A DNA stretch of 60,107 nucleotides, counting the filler, from an uncultured bacterium (lineage in GTDB: Bacteria > DAOPZR01), in assembly GCA_964637655.1 (NCBI GenBank). It is 2 parts of 2 records of this genome, joined end to end, with 100 filler letters (N's around TTAATTAATTAA, not from the genome) between each part and the next. Parts side by side here need not be neighbours in the genome. Positions count along the whole stretch, not along the records: positions 1 to 30,732 come from CAZWUZ010000012.1; 1 more part is not named here. One strand, 5' to 3'. The stretch's first letter is position 1. Each line of letters opens with the position of its first letter. The notes beneath the pieces were generated by a model that was given only the letters and a program-made list of their open reading frames with translations, searched no databases and was not told where the DNA came from. Positions 20,032 to 29,277 of this stretch are shown in pieces. The position numbers and the translations under genes are program-made.

Positions 20032-22443
20032 TCACGCTTGGTCACGGCGGGGCTCCGGCAGGCGCAGGTCGACGATGAGGGGGAGATGGTCGGAGGCCAC
20101 CGCCGCCAGTGCGGTGCGCGGCACCTGCACGTCGATGACGGTGCTCTCCCTGCTGACGAAGATGTGGTCAATGCGCAACAGCGGCACGCGGCTGCAGAAG
20201 GTGGCGGGCGGACAGCGGGCGGACAGCCCCTGCTGCGGCGCGCCAAACCGCCCGGCCAGCAGCGTGTAACTGCGCGAACCCGGGCGGGCATTGAAGTCAC
20301 CGGCCAGGATAACCGTACCCGTGCAGTGCGGATGGCCCAGCCATGCGGGGCCGCACAGGGTTGCCGCCTGACGCCGCCCTTCCTGCACGCCCAGCCCGAA
20401 ATGCGTGCCAATGAACTGCACCCGTTGCGTTCCGACCTGCAATTCCACCCAGAGCGCGCTGCGCGGTTCCCGTTGCTTCTTCTTCGGCGGGGCACAGGGG
20501 AGCAGGCCATGCTGCACGAGCCGCAGGGGGAAGCGGCTGAGCACCGCGTTGCCATACCGCTCCTCCTCCAGCTCAATGGAGGGATGGAAATAGTGGTTCA
20601 TCTCCAGGAGGCGGGCGATGGTATGCGCCTGATCAGCGCGACCGCTGCGCGGGCGGTTCATATCGACCTCCTGCAGCGCCACCACGTCGGGCCGGTACAT
20701 GCCCAGCACGCGCGCCACGCGGCGCGGCGATATTTTTCCGTCCATGCCCAGACAGCCGTGAATGTTGTAGGTCATGACCCTGATATGACGGTTGTCCGCC
20801 ACCTCCGCATAGCGCCTGACGGCAGCAGCCGGTTTCTTCCGCTCCAGGAAGACCAGGGCCGCCTCCCTGAGCTCGACGGTGCGGATATACTCTTTCCCGG
20901 GCAGCGGCAGGGGAATATCGCGCGGCAGCAGCGCGAACGCGGATGTTTCCTCACGTCCGGGCCCGCAATGCGACCCTCTTTCCACCGGATAGGAGTCGGA
21001 TATGCCGGCGCTCCGCCATCCGGAAAAGACCATGGCCCCGGCTGAGGGATGCCGGCACAACCGTGCCAGATCTTCCGTCACCTCGGTCAGGCGGGGATGG
21101 TCACGCCCCAGTATTTCCGGCGCCAGTTCCGGCAGTGGTCCGGTCATCGTCGCCGTTACCGCGGTGACCCCGCCGTCGGCAAGCGGCACCAGGATAAACG
21201 GGATATCCCCGCTTGCGGCAAGCAGTCGGGCGAAGCGGAGTTTGTCCTGCTCGTGCATCCCGTCCGGCAGATAGATCAGGCCCAGCGGCCCCAGCGCCTC
21301 GACGTGCAGACCCGCCGTTTCCGGTTCGCCATCATGCCGTGACCCGCAGCACCAGCGCCAGAATCCGCCGCCAAGGAGGTGGGCGCGGGTCGCGCGTTCA
21401 CTATGTCGGTGTCTGGTCGTTATGGCGCTGGTACCGGCGCGAAACTCCCCATAGAGTTGCGCGATCTTTTCCTCGACGGTGATGCCGTGTTTTTGCGGGT
21501 ACGATTGGCAGTTTTCCTGCCCGTGGTCCGAGTAGATCCAGACATCGTAGTCCCGCCGCGCGGCGCGGCGCGCAGCACCCCAGATTTTCCTGATGCAGCC
21601 ATCGATCCCCTTGAGCGACCAGAGGGCGAACGCCGAACCGGGACCCCGGCGGTGCGCCTGCTCGTCATAGCCCGACAGATTCAGGTGGATGACCGGCAGT
21701 CCCCGCGCAATGTCGATCCGCGCCCCCAGCGTGCCAAGATCACGCAGCAGGATGGAGACCGCAAGCCGCGCGGGAATAAACTTCAGTTCCTGCTTGAGGT
21801 CGGCGCCCGCCAGAACCCCGCGGAAGAAATCCGACACCGTGAGGAATAACTCAACTACCAGCAGGACGGCGATGGCGGCAAAGGTCCACAGGTTGCTGGC
21901 CACCAGCAGCGTCAGGCGCCACAGGTTGGCCTTTTTCCAGAGCGTATCCCACCCCAGCGACACCGCGCAGAAATGTGCTTCCGCCGCGCCACCGGCAAAG
22001 ATATTGCCGTAGGAACTCCCCCCGGACAGCAGGCCCTCCGCCTGCAGGCGCAGCCGCCGTTCCATCTCCTTGGCCGCTGCCGACTGGTACATGATGCACT
22101 GCCTGCCGGTCAGGTGATCAATGAAACTGAATGACGGCACCGCGCACGGCACGCCATAGAACAGTTCGGCCTGCACTGCCGGAGTACTGGTCGGCAGTCC
22201 CGAATAGTGGCTGTAGAGACGATACCCCTCGCACTGCAGCAGACGGCGCAGGCACGGCATCCGGTCGCTGCCGATGGCCTGTTCGAGACGGGCACGGCTC
22301 AGCCCGTCGATTTGAATCATGACCAGACCGGGTCGCGTCCCGGGCGCCGGCGACCGGGTAAGGCGCAGCAGTCGCGCCCCCCACTCGTTGCGACTGACCG
22401 CCCGGCGCAGTTTCCTGCCGTAGCGTTCGATGCGGCCGATCAT
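20032..22443 (-). CDS. Alkaline-phosphatase-superfamily phosphodiesterase fused to endonuclease/exonuclease/phosphatase (EEP) domain
   Basis: IQIDGLS, PTSTP, YDEQAH, SDHGQ; then TYNIH, LQEVD, GDFN, RIDHIF, ASDHLP. Confidence 0.85.
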   Translation of the reverse strand: MIGRIERYGRKLRRAVSRNEWGARLLRLTRSPAPGTRPGLVMIQIDGLSRARLEQAIGSDRMPCLRRLLQCEGYRLYSHYSGLPTSTPAVQAELFYGVPCAVPSFSFIDHLTGRQCIMYQSAAAKEMERRLRLQAEGLLSGGSSYGNIFAGGAAEAHFCAVSLGWDTLWKKANLWRLTLLVASNLWTFAAIAVLLVVELFLTVSDFFRGVLAGADLKQELKFIPARLAVSILLRDLGTLGARIDIARGLPVIHLNLSGYDEQAHRRGPGSAFALWSLKGIDGCIRKIWGAARRAARRDYDVWIYSDHGQENCQSYPQKHGITVEEKIAQLYGEFRAGTSAITTRHRHSERATRAHLLGGGFWRWCCGSRHDGEPETAGLHVEALGPLGLIYLPDGMHEQDKLRFARLLAASGDIPFILVPLADGGVTAVTATMTGPLPELAPEILGRDHPRLTEVTEDLARLCRHPSAGAMVFSGWRSAGISDSYPVERGSHCGPGREETSAFALLPRDIPLPLPGKEYIRTVELREAALVFLERKKPAAAVRRYAEVADNRHIRVMTYNIHGCLGMDGKISPRRVARVLGMYRPDVVALQEVDMNRPRSGRADQAHTIARLLEMNHYFHPSIELEEERYGNAVLSRFPLRLVQHGLLPCAPPKKKQREPRSALWVELQVGTQRVQFIGTHFGLGVQEGRRQAATLCGPAWLGHPHCTGTVILAGDFNARPGSRSYTLLAGRFGAPQQGLSARCPPATFCSRVPLLRIDHIFVSRESTVIDVQVPRTALAAVASDHLPLIVDLRLPEPRRDQA

Positions 22444-23732
22444 GCTGCCGGCTCCGCCGCGGCCTCATCCAGCACCGCATCGACCGCCGAGCCGGCGGAA
22501 ATTGAAAAGAGTTCCCACTCCGTCGCGAGCCGGCGCATGGCCGTAGCCCAGAGGGTATCGGCATGATCCGGATCGACGCAGACATACTCCCGTTCCCGGA
22601 CCTGACGATAGAGGTCCAGCGCGGTCCTTGCGGTATGCGCCAGTGAAAACCGTTCAGCGGTCGCCAGCGCCGCCGCCTGCATTGCCTGCAGTTGTGCCGG
22701 TGGCAGACCGGCGATGTCACCCAGGGCAGCGGTGAAGTCAGCAACGGATGCCTCATGCAGCAGCCGCCCATTGCTCCGGTCGCGCACCACCTCGCGCGCA
22801 CCCGGCGCGTCCACGGCAACGGCCGGCAGACCAACCGCCATCGCCTCGGTCAGTACCATCCCCTGCGTCTCGGTCAGCGAGGCAAATGCGAAGACGTCCA
22901 TGGCGGCGTAGGCGTCGGTCAGATCACGGGCCGTGAGGATGCCCAGTTCGTGATACCTGCCGGCCAGTCCGGCCGCGCGGAAGAGTTCCCGCAACTGTTC
23001 GCGACTTTCCCCCGCGCCCGCCACCAGAAAGTGGCGGTGCTCGTCCTGCACCAGAAAATCGCGTACTGCCCGCGCGAGAAAGTCGAGGTTCTTCTCCGGG
23101 GCCAGCCGCCCGACGTGCCCGACGACAAAAGCGTCGGCCGGTATCCCCAGGCGCCGGCGCAGGGCCTGGCCGTCGCCATTTTTGAAGCGTGCGAGCTGGA
23201 CCCCGGTCGGCACCACCGCCACCGGCGAAGTCACGCCCCGCTCCTGCATGAGTGCGGCAATGCTCTCGCTCGGAGCGAAGACCTGGGCGGCCAGGTTGGC
23301 ATACCCGGTGGCGAGATGTATCACATAATTTTTCATGAGCGCGGAGTCGCCCGGCACATAATGCGTGTAGTCCTCGTAGCGCGTGTGATGGGTAAAGACC
23401 AGCGGCAACTGATGCGCGTGGGCCAGACGGAGCGCCGTGTCGCCGAGCAGGAACGGATGATGCGCATGAATGATGTCAGGGCGGAATTTCGCCATCGTCT
23501 CGTTGAGATAGAAGGGCACCGGGATGCGCACGGAGAAGTCGCTGCCGTTGAAGTTGGGCATGGCCGGGACGCGCACCACCCCCGCATCAGCGTCCGGCGT
23601 AGTGTCGAATTCAGGAGCGACAATCAGAACGTCGTGCCCGCCGCGCCGGAACTCGTCGGCAAACGATTCCACCGACCTGGCCACGCCACCGACATGCGGG
23701 AGATAGGTGTTGGTCACCATCATGATCTTCAT
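22440..23732 (-). CDS. Glycosyltransferase family 4 (GT-B)
   Basis: MKIMMVTNTYLPHVGGV, GRLAPEKN, ETQGMVLTEAMA (EX7E). Confidence 0.92.
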   Translation of the reverse strand: MKIMMVTNTYLPHVGGVARSVESFADEFRRGGHDVLIVAPEFDTTPDADAGVVRVPAMPNFNGSDFSVRIPVPFYLNETMAKFRPDIIHAHHPFLLGDTALRLAHAHQLPLVFTHHTRYEDYTHYVPGDSALMKNYVIHLATGYANLAAQVFAPSESIAALMQERGVTSPVAVVPTGVQLARFKNGDGQALRRRLGIPADAFVVGHVGRLAPEKNLDFLARAVRDFLVQDEHRHFLVAGAGESREQLRELFRAAGLAGRYHELGILTARDLTDAYAAMDVFAFASLTETQGMVLTEAMAVGLPAVAVDAPGAREVVRDRSNGRLLHEASVADFTAALGDIAGLPPAQLQAMQAAALATAERFSLAHTARTALDLYRQVREREYVCVDPDHADTLWATAMRRLATEWELFSISAGSAVDAVLDEAAAEPAA

Positions 23733-23734
23733 GC

Positions 23735-25978
23735 TCAGTCCCGTTTCAGGCAGACACTGCTGACGCCCGGTGACGCGGTAACCGGCAGCCGGCCGGGGAG
23801 CCCGATAATCACGCGCGGCGCCCGGCCATGCCACCGCGCCTCCCACGCCACCACTAACGGCGGCCCGGGCGTTATCTCGACGGTGATCATGCCGAACACC
23901 GTCGCGGTCGGGCCGAAAGCGATATGCCCTTTGCCGTGCAGCCACGTGGCCGGAATGCCCGGGCAGAGCACCAGTGCATCCTGCTCTTCGCTGACAAATA
24001 AACTGCGCATCATCATCACCCACTCGGCAGCGGCCCAGGCATGCTGCCCGTCGCCCATGCAGCCCCCGCCGGTGCGGGCGAGAATCGCCTCGGGCCACTG
24101 ACCGGTCGGCGACGCGAGTTTGGCCACGGTCTCCACCAGCGCCAGGTAGCGCGGGTCGCCGGCACGCAGCAGGACCTGGGCCAGATGCAAGGTCAGATAG
24201 GGATTGATCCCCGAATGAATCATGTTCTGGTAGAACCCGCCCTGCACCAGACAGTTTTCCATGAGGTAATCGGTCGTGGCCAGCAGGCGCCGGTCAGCGG
24301 GTGCGTAGAGACCAAGGGGGTAGCCCGCCACCAGGTTGCCGACGGCGCCCGCATCAAGGCGGCGACCCGGGGCAGCTGGCATCGCCGGTTTCCCCAACCG
24401 TGCCGCCGCGTGCTCCAGACTGCGGTCGATACAGGCGAGCAGGTCAGCGGCCTCGGCGTCGAACCGCCCGGCCCGTTCTGTCTCCCCGGTCTGCGTCAGC
24501 AGAAACGCGGCGGCCCGGAGCCCGGCAACGCCCCAGAAGTCATCCCAGTAATAGTAATCGTTGAGTCCCAGATGTTCAGCGCTGAAGCCCGCGGGCAGGA
24601 GCCCGGCCCGCGGAGAATCCGGTGTTCGGGGGAGTCGCTTGTCGATGAGCCACCCGGCTGCACGGCGGACCGGTTCCAGCCAGCTGGCGGCGGGTGGACG
24701 GTTGGTCAGGCGGCAGAACCGTGCCAGCAGCCACAGGACTTCGCCATTGGCGTCCCATTCACCCTCCTGGGAAAGGAAGTATCCCGCCCGGGTCTGCCGG
24801 GCAAAGAATCTTTCCAGCGGTGGTTCCGCGCGTGCCGTGAGACCAAGGCAGAGCAGGGCATGCAGGATAAAGGCCGCATCGCGAAACCAGAACCGGCGAT
24901 ACGTGGAGGGGCCGGGATAGACCTCGCCGGGCGACAGCAGAATCAGCGTACGTACCGCCGCGGCATAGAGGAACATATAGTGCTCGTCAGGCACCTGCAG
25001 TTGACAACTATCCGCGAGACCTTTTTCCCAGAGCGCCGGCGCACTCACGTTGGGCGCGGGATGCGGCACCCCGAGCGGCACCTCGACGGTGATCTTCTCC
25101 CCCATGTTCGGCCCTACCGGAAACAGGGCAACCGCCGTGGCCAGCCCGACCGGACACTCGACTTTCCTGCGCTCCCCGCACCCGGGCGGGTTGAGGAACA
25201 CATCGCCGGACCGGTAATCCGACAGACGATGCCCCGCGGGAACCCGGGAAAAGATAACGCGGGCCGTAGCGTTGACCGTCCAACTCCCTCCGTCCGCTGC
25301 CATCGCGATGGTATGGATCAAACTTACCCCCTCGGGATTGCAGGGACGGAGCGATACCGCAATGACCGCGGGCCGGTCCGTGACCGCGTCCACCTCCAAA
25401 CGGCAGACGACTTCACCATCGCAGGCAACTGCTGTCCCGGTGGTGAGCGCCAGCCCGCCCCGTCGTGACACCGTCCGCACGCGCGGCCCGGGGTCCATAA
25501 TGAGTTGCTGGTCAGCCGCCGGCAGGCGGGCCGGGACAAGGGGTTCGCCATCGGCCGGAAGCAGCCAGACATCCAGCGACCAGCCGGAGAGAAACGGCGT
25601 CACCAGTCCGCGCGGATCGACCACGGGAAACTCGAAGCAGCCCGGCAGTCCCACCGCCGTCCAGTTGCGTCCGGTCAGGTTGACGTGGGTGGCGGAAAAC
25701 GCACGCGGGATAAAGGACTCCGACAGCGGGTCGAACTGCCGTACGGCCCAGAACGGCCACACCCAGTCAAGATTGTGCTGGATCGCCCGCATGTTCAGGA
25801 GCCCGCGCGCGTGGAAAACCGCGCCGGCACGCAGCAGTTCGAGCGGCTCGGAGACCTCGGATGGTTCCGCGAACCGGCGCAGTCGCGCGAGCAATTCAGC
25901 CGGATCAGGAAAGCCATGGCGCCGGGCGAGGCGGCGCGTGAACCATTGCCAGGGCACGAAACGGCTAAGGTTGCACAT
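23735..25978 (-). CDS. Six-hairpin (alpha/alpha)6 glycosidase-like protein
   Basis: YRRFWFRDAAF, GEWDANG, GFSAEHLG, WDDFWG motifs. Confidence 0.7.
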   Translation of the reverse strand: MCNLSRFVPWQWFTRRLARRHGFPDPAELLARLRRFAEPSEVSEPLELLRAGAVFHARGLLNMRAIQHNLDWVWPFWAVRQFDPLSESFIPRAFSATHVNLTGRNWTAVGLPGCFEFPVVDPRGLVTPFLSGWSLDVWLLPADGEPLVPARLPAADQQLIMDPGPRVRTVSRRGGLALTTGTAVACDGEVVCRLEVDAVTDRPAVIAVSLRPCNPEGVSLIHTIAMAADGGSWTVNATARVIFSRVPAGHRLSDYRSGDVFLNPPGCGERRKVECPVGLATAVALFPVGPNMGEKITVEVPLGVPHPAPNVSAPALWEKGLADSCQLQVPDEHYMFLYAAAVRTLILLSPGEVYPGPSTYRRFWFRDAAFILHALLCLGLTARAEPPLERFFARQTRAGYFLSQEGEWDANGEVLWLLARFCRLTNRPPAASWLEPVRRAAGWLIDKRLPRTPDSPRAGLLPAGFSAEHLGLNDYYYWDDFWGVAGLRAAAFLLTQTGETERAGRFDAEAADLLACIDRSLEHAAARLGKPAMPAAPGRRLDAGAVGNLVAGYPLGLYAPADRRLLATTDYLMENCLVQGGFYQNMIHSGINPYLTLHLAQVLLRAGDPRYLALVETVAKLASPTGQWPEAILARTGGGCMGDGQHAWAAAEWVMMMRSLFVSEEQDALVLCPGIPATWLHGKGHIAFGPTATVFGMITVEITPGPPLVVAWEARWHGRAPRVIIGLPGRLPVTASPGVSSVCLKRD

Positions 25979-27065
25979 GCTCTGTTCGTGAATCAGTCAT
26001 CACCAGGTAGGAGCCGAGGTGGTGGATGGCAAACCCGGCAAACGCGGGATGCGGGGCAAATTCCCTTTCCGCGATGGCGAGTTGCGCCTCCATCGCGGCA
26101 TAGCCCATGCCGTAAAAGGTGACCTTGCGCGGTTCGGAGCGCAGCGTCTCGACGCCGATCACCACGTGCTTGCCCGTGCGGTCGGCATACGCGATTTCAT
26201 CAGCCGCATGGGAGATGATGCTGTCGCGGCCCGCCGCGTAGTTGCGATAGTCCATCAACGCGACATAATCATAGATGTCCTGGGCATGCTCGCTCAGCCG
26301 CCGCCGCTGGCCGCGCCATGCGATATCCTCGATCCCGTCGAACCAGAAGGGCATGGCCGGTCCCACGACGAGCGTGTCGCCGGACGCACGCGTGAGGCGC
26401 ATGAATTCCGCGGAGAGTTCGAGATACTGGCCGGCGCGCAGCGCCAGTTTTTCGCGCCAGTCGTCGAGCAGGTACGGCTCGATATCGATATTGACCCCGT
26501 CGAATCTGGCGGCGGTATCGCTGGCGGCATTGTAGTCGAGCACGCGCGCGAACATCCTGACCGCCACCGCGCGCTTTTCCGGCAGGATGTATTCCGGCGT
26601 GTTGAGATAGTACGACCCGAGCAGGGCATAGACCTTGCCGCCGCGCTGATGGACCGCCGTGATGAGGCGCCGGTACTTTTCCGGTTCCGCCACGAGGATG
26701 TTCCGGCCGCGATACTCGTCGGCATACAGGTAGAGAATGGCAATCCGGTGCCGGTCGAGAAAGGCAAAGGTGCCGGCCCAGCCGGCTTCCCGGTCGAGCA
26801 GGTTGAACGTCTCTGTTTCCCACACCCAGATTGCCCGCGGCGCGCCAGCCGCCGCACTGTCCACCACCGCAGGCATCACCGCCGGCGTCGAGTCGGCGCG
26901 TACCGTCGCAGCCAGTACGGCCGGGTTGGCGTCCGCCCCCCGGGTCTGCCAGTCGCAGCCGGCCAGGGCGACAACCAGCAGCAGCGACGCGAGCAGTCCC
27001 CCGCAGCGGCGCAACGGCTGCCGGCACCCGGCACCTGCCTTAGCGCGTGGTGGCGAATGCAGCAT
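25965..27065 (-). CDS. GH18-like TIM-barrel lipoprotein
   Basis: Lipobox LAGC; FDGVNIDIEPY resembles the GH18 DxxDxDxE motif. Confidence 0.7.
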   Translation of the reverse strand: MLHSPPRAKAGAGCRQPLRRCGGLLASLLLVVALAGCDWQTRGADANPAVLAATVRADSTPAVMPAVVDSAAAGAPRAIWVWETETFNLLDREAGWAGTFAFLDRHRIAILYLYADEYRGRNILVAEPEKYRRLITAVHQRGGKVYALLGSYYLNTPEYILPEKRAVAVRMFARVLDYNAASDTAARFDGVNIDIEPYLLDDWREKLALRAGQYLELSAEFMRLTRASGDTLVVGPAMPFWFDGIEDIAWRGQRRRLSEHAQDIYDYVALMDYRNYAAGRDSIISHAADEIAYADRTGKHVVIGVETLRSEPRKVTFYGMGYAAMEAQLAIAEREFAPHPAFAGFAIHHLGSYLVMTDSRTEHVQP

Positions 27066-29052
27066 AGACGCTGTCCGGGATGAGTTTCAGTTCGCGCCGG
27101 AAGCGGTCATTCCTCGCCCGGTAGCCGGCGAATTCAGCGCGCACTGCCTGCAACTGGTCCTCATCCTGAAGCGGTTCCAGGTCCAGGTTTTCACCGATGG
27201 TGAACAGGTCATCCTGATCGAGGAAATACAACCCGGACAGATAATTGATCAGGTTGGTTTTCGTGTGTTTGAGCGGATAGTGATGCACATTGCGCAGTTC
27301 CGGGGCGAAATCCAGGCCCGAACCAACCCACGCAACGGTATCCGGAGTGCTGAGCGCATAGTTGTGTTTGAGCAGCGCCAGCAGCGATGGCGCAATATCC
27401 AGGTGCGAGGAAATCGATTTGAATGACGCGGGGTGCTGCAGCAGCGGCGAAAAGATGATGAGCGGCACATGGAAGCGGTCGATCTTCGTCGCCATCGGGA
27501 TCTCCGGCAGCCGGTGGTCACCCGTGATAATATAGATGGTATTCTGATACGCGGGCCGCTGCGCCTGCTCCGCGAAATAGTAGCGCAGGGCGTCGTCGCT
27601 GTAGAGGATGGTCGCATAGATCTCCCGGTACGGGCGGTGCTGCTCCTTTTCGGCCTCTGTGAATCCCAACTGCTCCATGCGCACCTCGAACCGGCGGAGG
27701 TATTCTGCCTGGCCGGGGATCTGATACGAGGTGTGCATGCTCATGGTCTGCAGGTAGTCGATGCATGGCTGCGCCGGCGCGGGCGGCGGCAGCGACAGAA
27801 TCTTGCGCAGCAGTTCCCGGTCCGGATAGCCCCAGCTGGAATTCGGCGTACGCTGGTAACCGGCCCCGAAATCGTCGATCCCGACCATGACATCAGTGTG
27901 CTGCCGTTCGAGGAAGGCACGCTGATTGTCGAAGTCCAGATCGGCGGCGCAATAGAAGCCGGTACGATACCCGTTATGCTTGAGAATACTGAACAGGGTC
28001 AGGTGGTTCGGCATGCGCGCCCCGAGTTCGTTGAAGCCCTGATCGGCAAACGGCAGCGAGCCGAGAATGGACGGCAGCACCGCGAAGGTACGTCCCTGCG
28101 CGGCGAGAAAGTTCTCCCAGTACAAACTTCTGGCGGCGAGTTCGTCGAGGAACGGCGTAAAACTGCCCAGATAGGCATGCGGCCCGCTGAAGGCGCGACC
28201 CAGCCCTTCAACCTGAATGATCACGATATCGGGCGGCTGCCCGGGCACGATGGTGAAGTAGCTGCCCAGTCCGTCGGGGGTCGTCTCGGTGCGCAGAAAC
28301 GGGTACTCCGGATCAAGGTAGCTGAACTCGCTGCTGCTGCCGGTGATGCCGCCGGCCATGGCCGACGTGGCCCCGAAATAGGCGGTCACGTCACTGACAA
28401 AAAATGCCGCCTTGTTCAAGGCCACACAGTGGGCATACTCGCTGGTGAACGTGCCGCTGGCGGAACGGGCGGAGACACCAATGGCCAGGCCGCTCCCCAG
28501 CAGCAGGGTAATCACCACTGCCGCCGACGGGAGCGGGGTGTGCGTGTTGAAATAAGCCATGGCCAGCCAGAAGACCGTGAGGGGCACGACAAAACTGACA
28601 ATCGTCAGCAGCGAGACATGGAACCCCGCATTCGTCGTGGTCATGATTTCCGACGGCGAGTAGCCAAGCAGGTCGGCACCCAGCAGCGTGCGCGTGGTGA
28701 AGAAATAGTTGACCAGGATCAGGTAGCCGACCAGCGCCAGCGAGCCAACTATCCCGTACCCCCAGAACTCGATGCGTTTCCCCCCGGTCACCAGACGGAC
28801 GAGCAGGAACGGCACCAGCAGGAACGGCAGCAATTGCAGGAAGAACAGCAGGTCGAGACCGAATGCCTGCTCGACCACATTGCCTGACTCCGTCGGGAAC
28901 CGGCTGGTCATCGCCACCCCGATCAGTTCCACAAGCCGCACGGTCAACCCGGCCAGCAGCAGGGCCAGCGACAGGTTGCCGAACCTGACCAGCCGCGCCC
29001 CCAGCCAGTCCGGCCAGGCCGCATACGTTTCCGTCGTACTGTGATTATGCAT
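27040..29052 (-). CDS. LTA synthase / sulfatase-like membrane phosphotransferase
   Basis: About five N-terminal TMs; IIQVEGLG, GRT (catalytic Thr), TMSMH, TGDH. Confidence 0.88.
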   Translation of the reverse strand: MHNHSTTETYAAWPDWLGARLVRFGNLSLALLLAGLTVRLVELIGVAMTSRFPTESGNVVEQAFGLDLLFFLQLLPFLLVPFLLVRLVTGGKRIEFWGYGIVGSLALVGYLILVNYFFTTRTLLGADLLGYSPSEIMTTTNAGFHVSLLTIVSFVVPLTVFWLAMAYFNTHTPLPSAAVVITLLLGSGLAIGVSARSASGTFTSEYAHCVALNKAAFFVSDVTAYFGATSAMAGGITGSSSEFSYLDPEYPFLRTETTPDGLGSYFTIVPGQPPDIVIIQVEGLGRAFSGPHAYLGSFTPFLDELAARSLYWENFLAAQGRTFAVLPSILGSLPFADQGFNELGARMPNHLTLFSILKHNGYRTGFYCAADLDFDNQRAFLERQHTDVMVGIDDFGAGYQRTPNSSWGYPDRELLRKILSLPPPAPAQPCIDYLQTMSMHTSYQIPGQAEYLRRFEVRMEQLGFTEAEKEQHRPYREIYATILYSDDALRYYFAEQAQRPAYQNTIYIITGDHRLPEIPMATKIDRFHVPLIIFSPLLQHPASFKSISSHLDIAPSLLALLKHNYALSTPDTVAWVGSGLDFAPELRNVHHYPLKHTKTNLINYLSGLYFLDQDDLFTIGENLDLEPLQDEDQLQAVRAEFAGYRARNDRFRRELKLIPDSVYAAFATTR

Positions 29053-29079
29053 ACCGCGACTCCAGCGCAACCCGATGTC

Positions 29080-29170
29080 CCGCCCGCTCCCGGCGGGAGA
29101 GGTCAGGATGAAGGCACGCACCGTGCCCACCCCTCACCTGCCGCGGCGCGATTTCCTCTCCCCAGGGCAG
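29080..29170. repeat. Degenerate REP-like doublet
   Basis: CCCCTCACCTGCCGCGGCGCGATTTCCTCTCCCC matches the family core. Confidence 0.65.
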
Positions 29171-29277
29171 CGTGAACCCGCGGCCACTATGGCCATCCGC
29201 CACACTCCTTCGCGCAGCAGGATTCCACCCGTCCATGCCGTACATCATCCTGAGACCGGGTCCGCCACGTTCCCGGT

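Noticed and set aside
18726-22680. Diversity-generating retroelement (TR/VR pairs)
   Set aside because: Mismatches affect all four bases and include indels; no reverse transcriptase in the window
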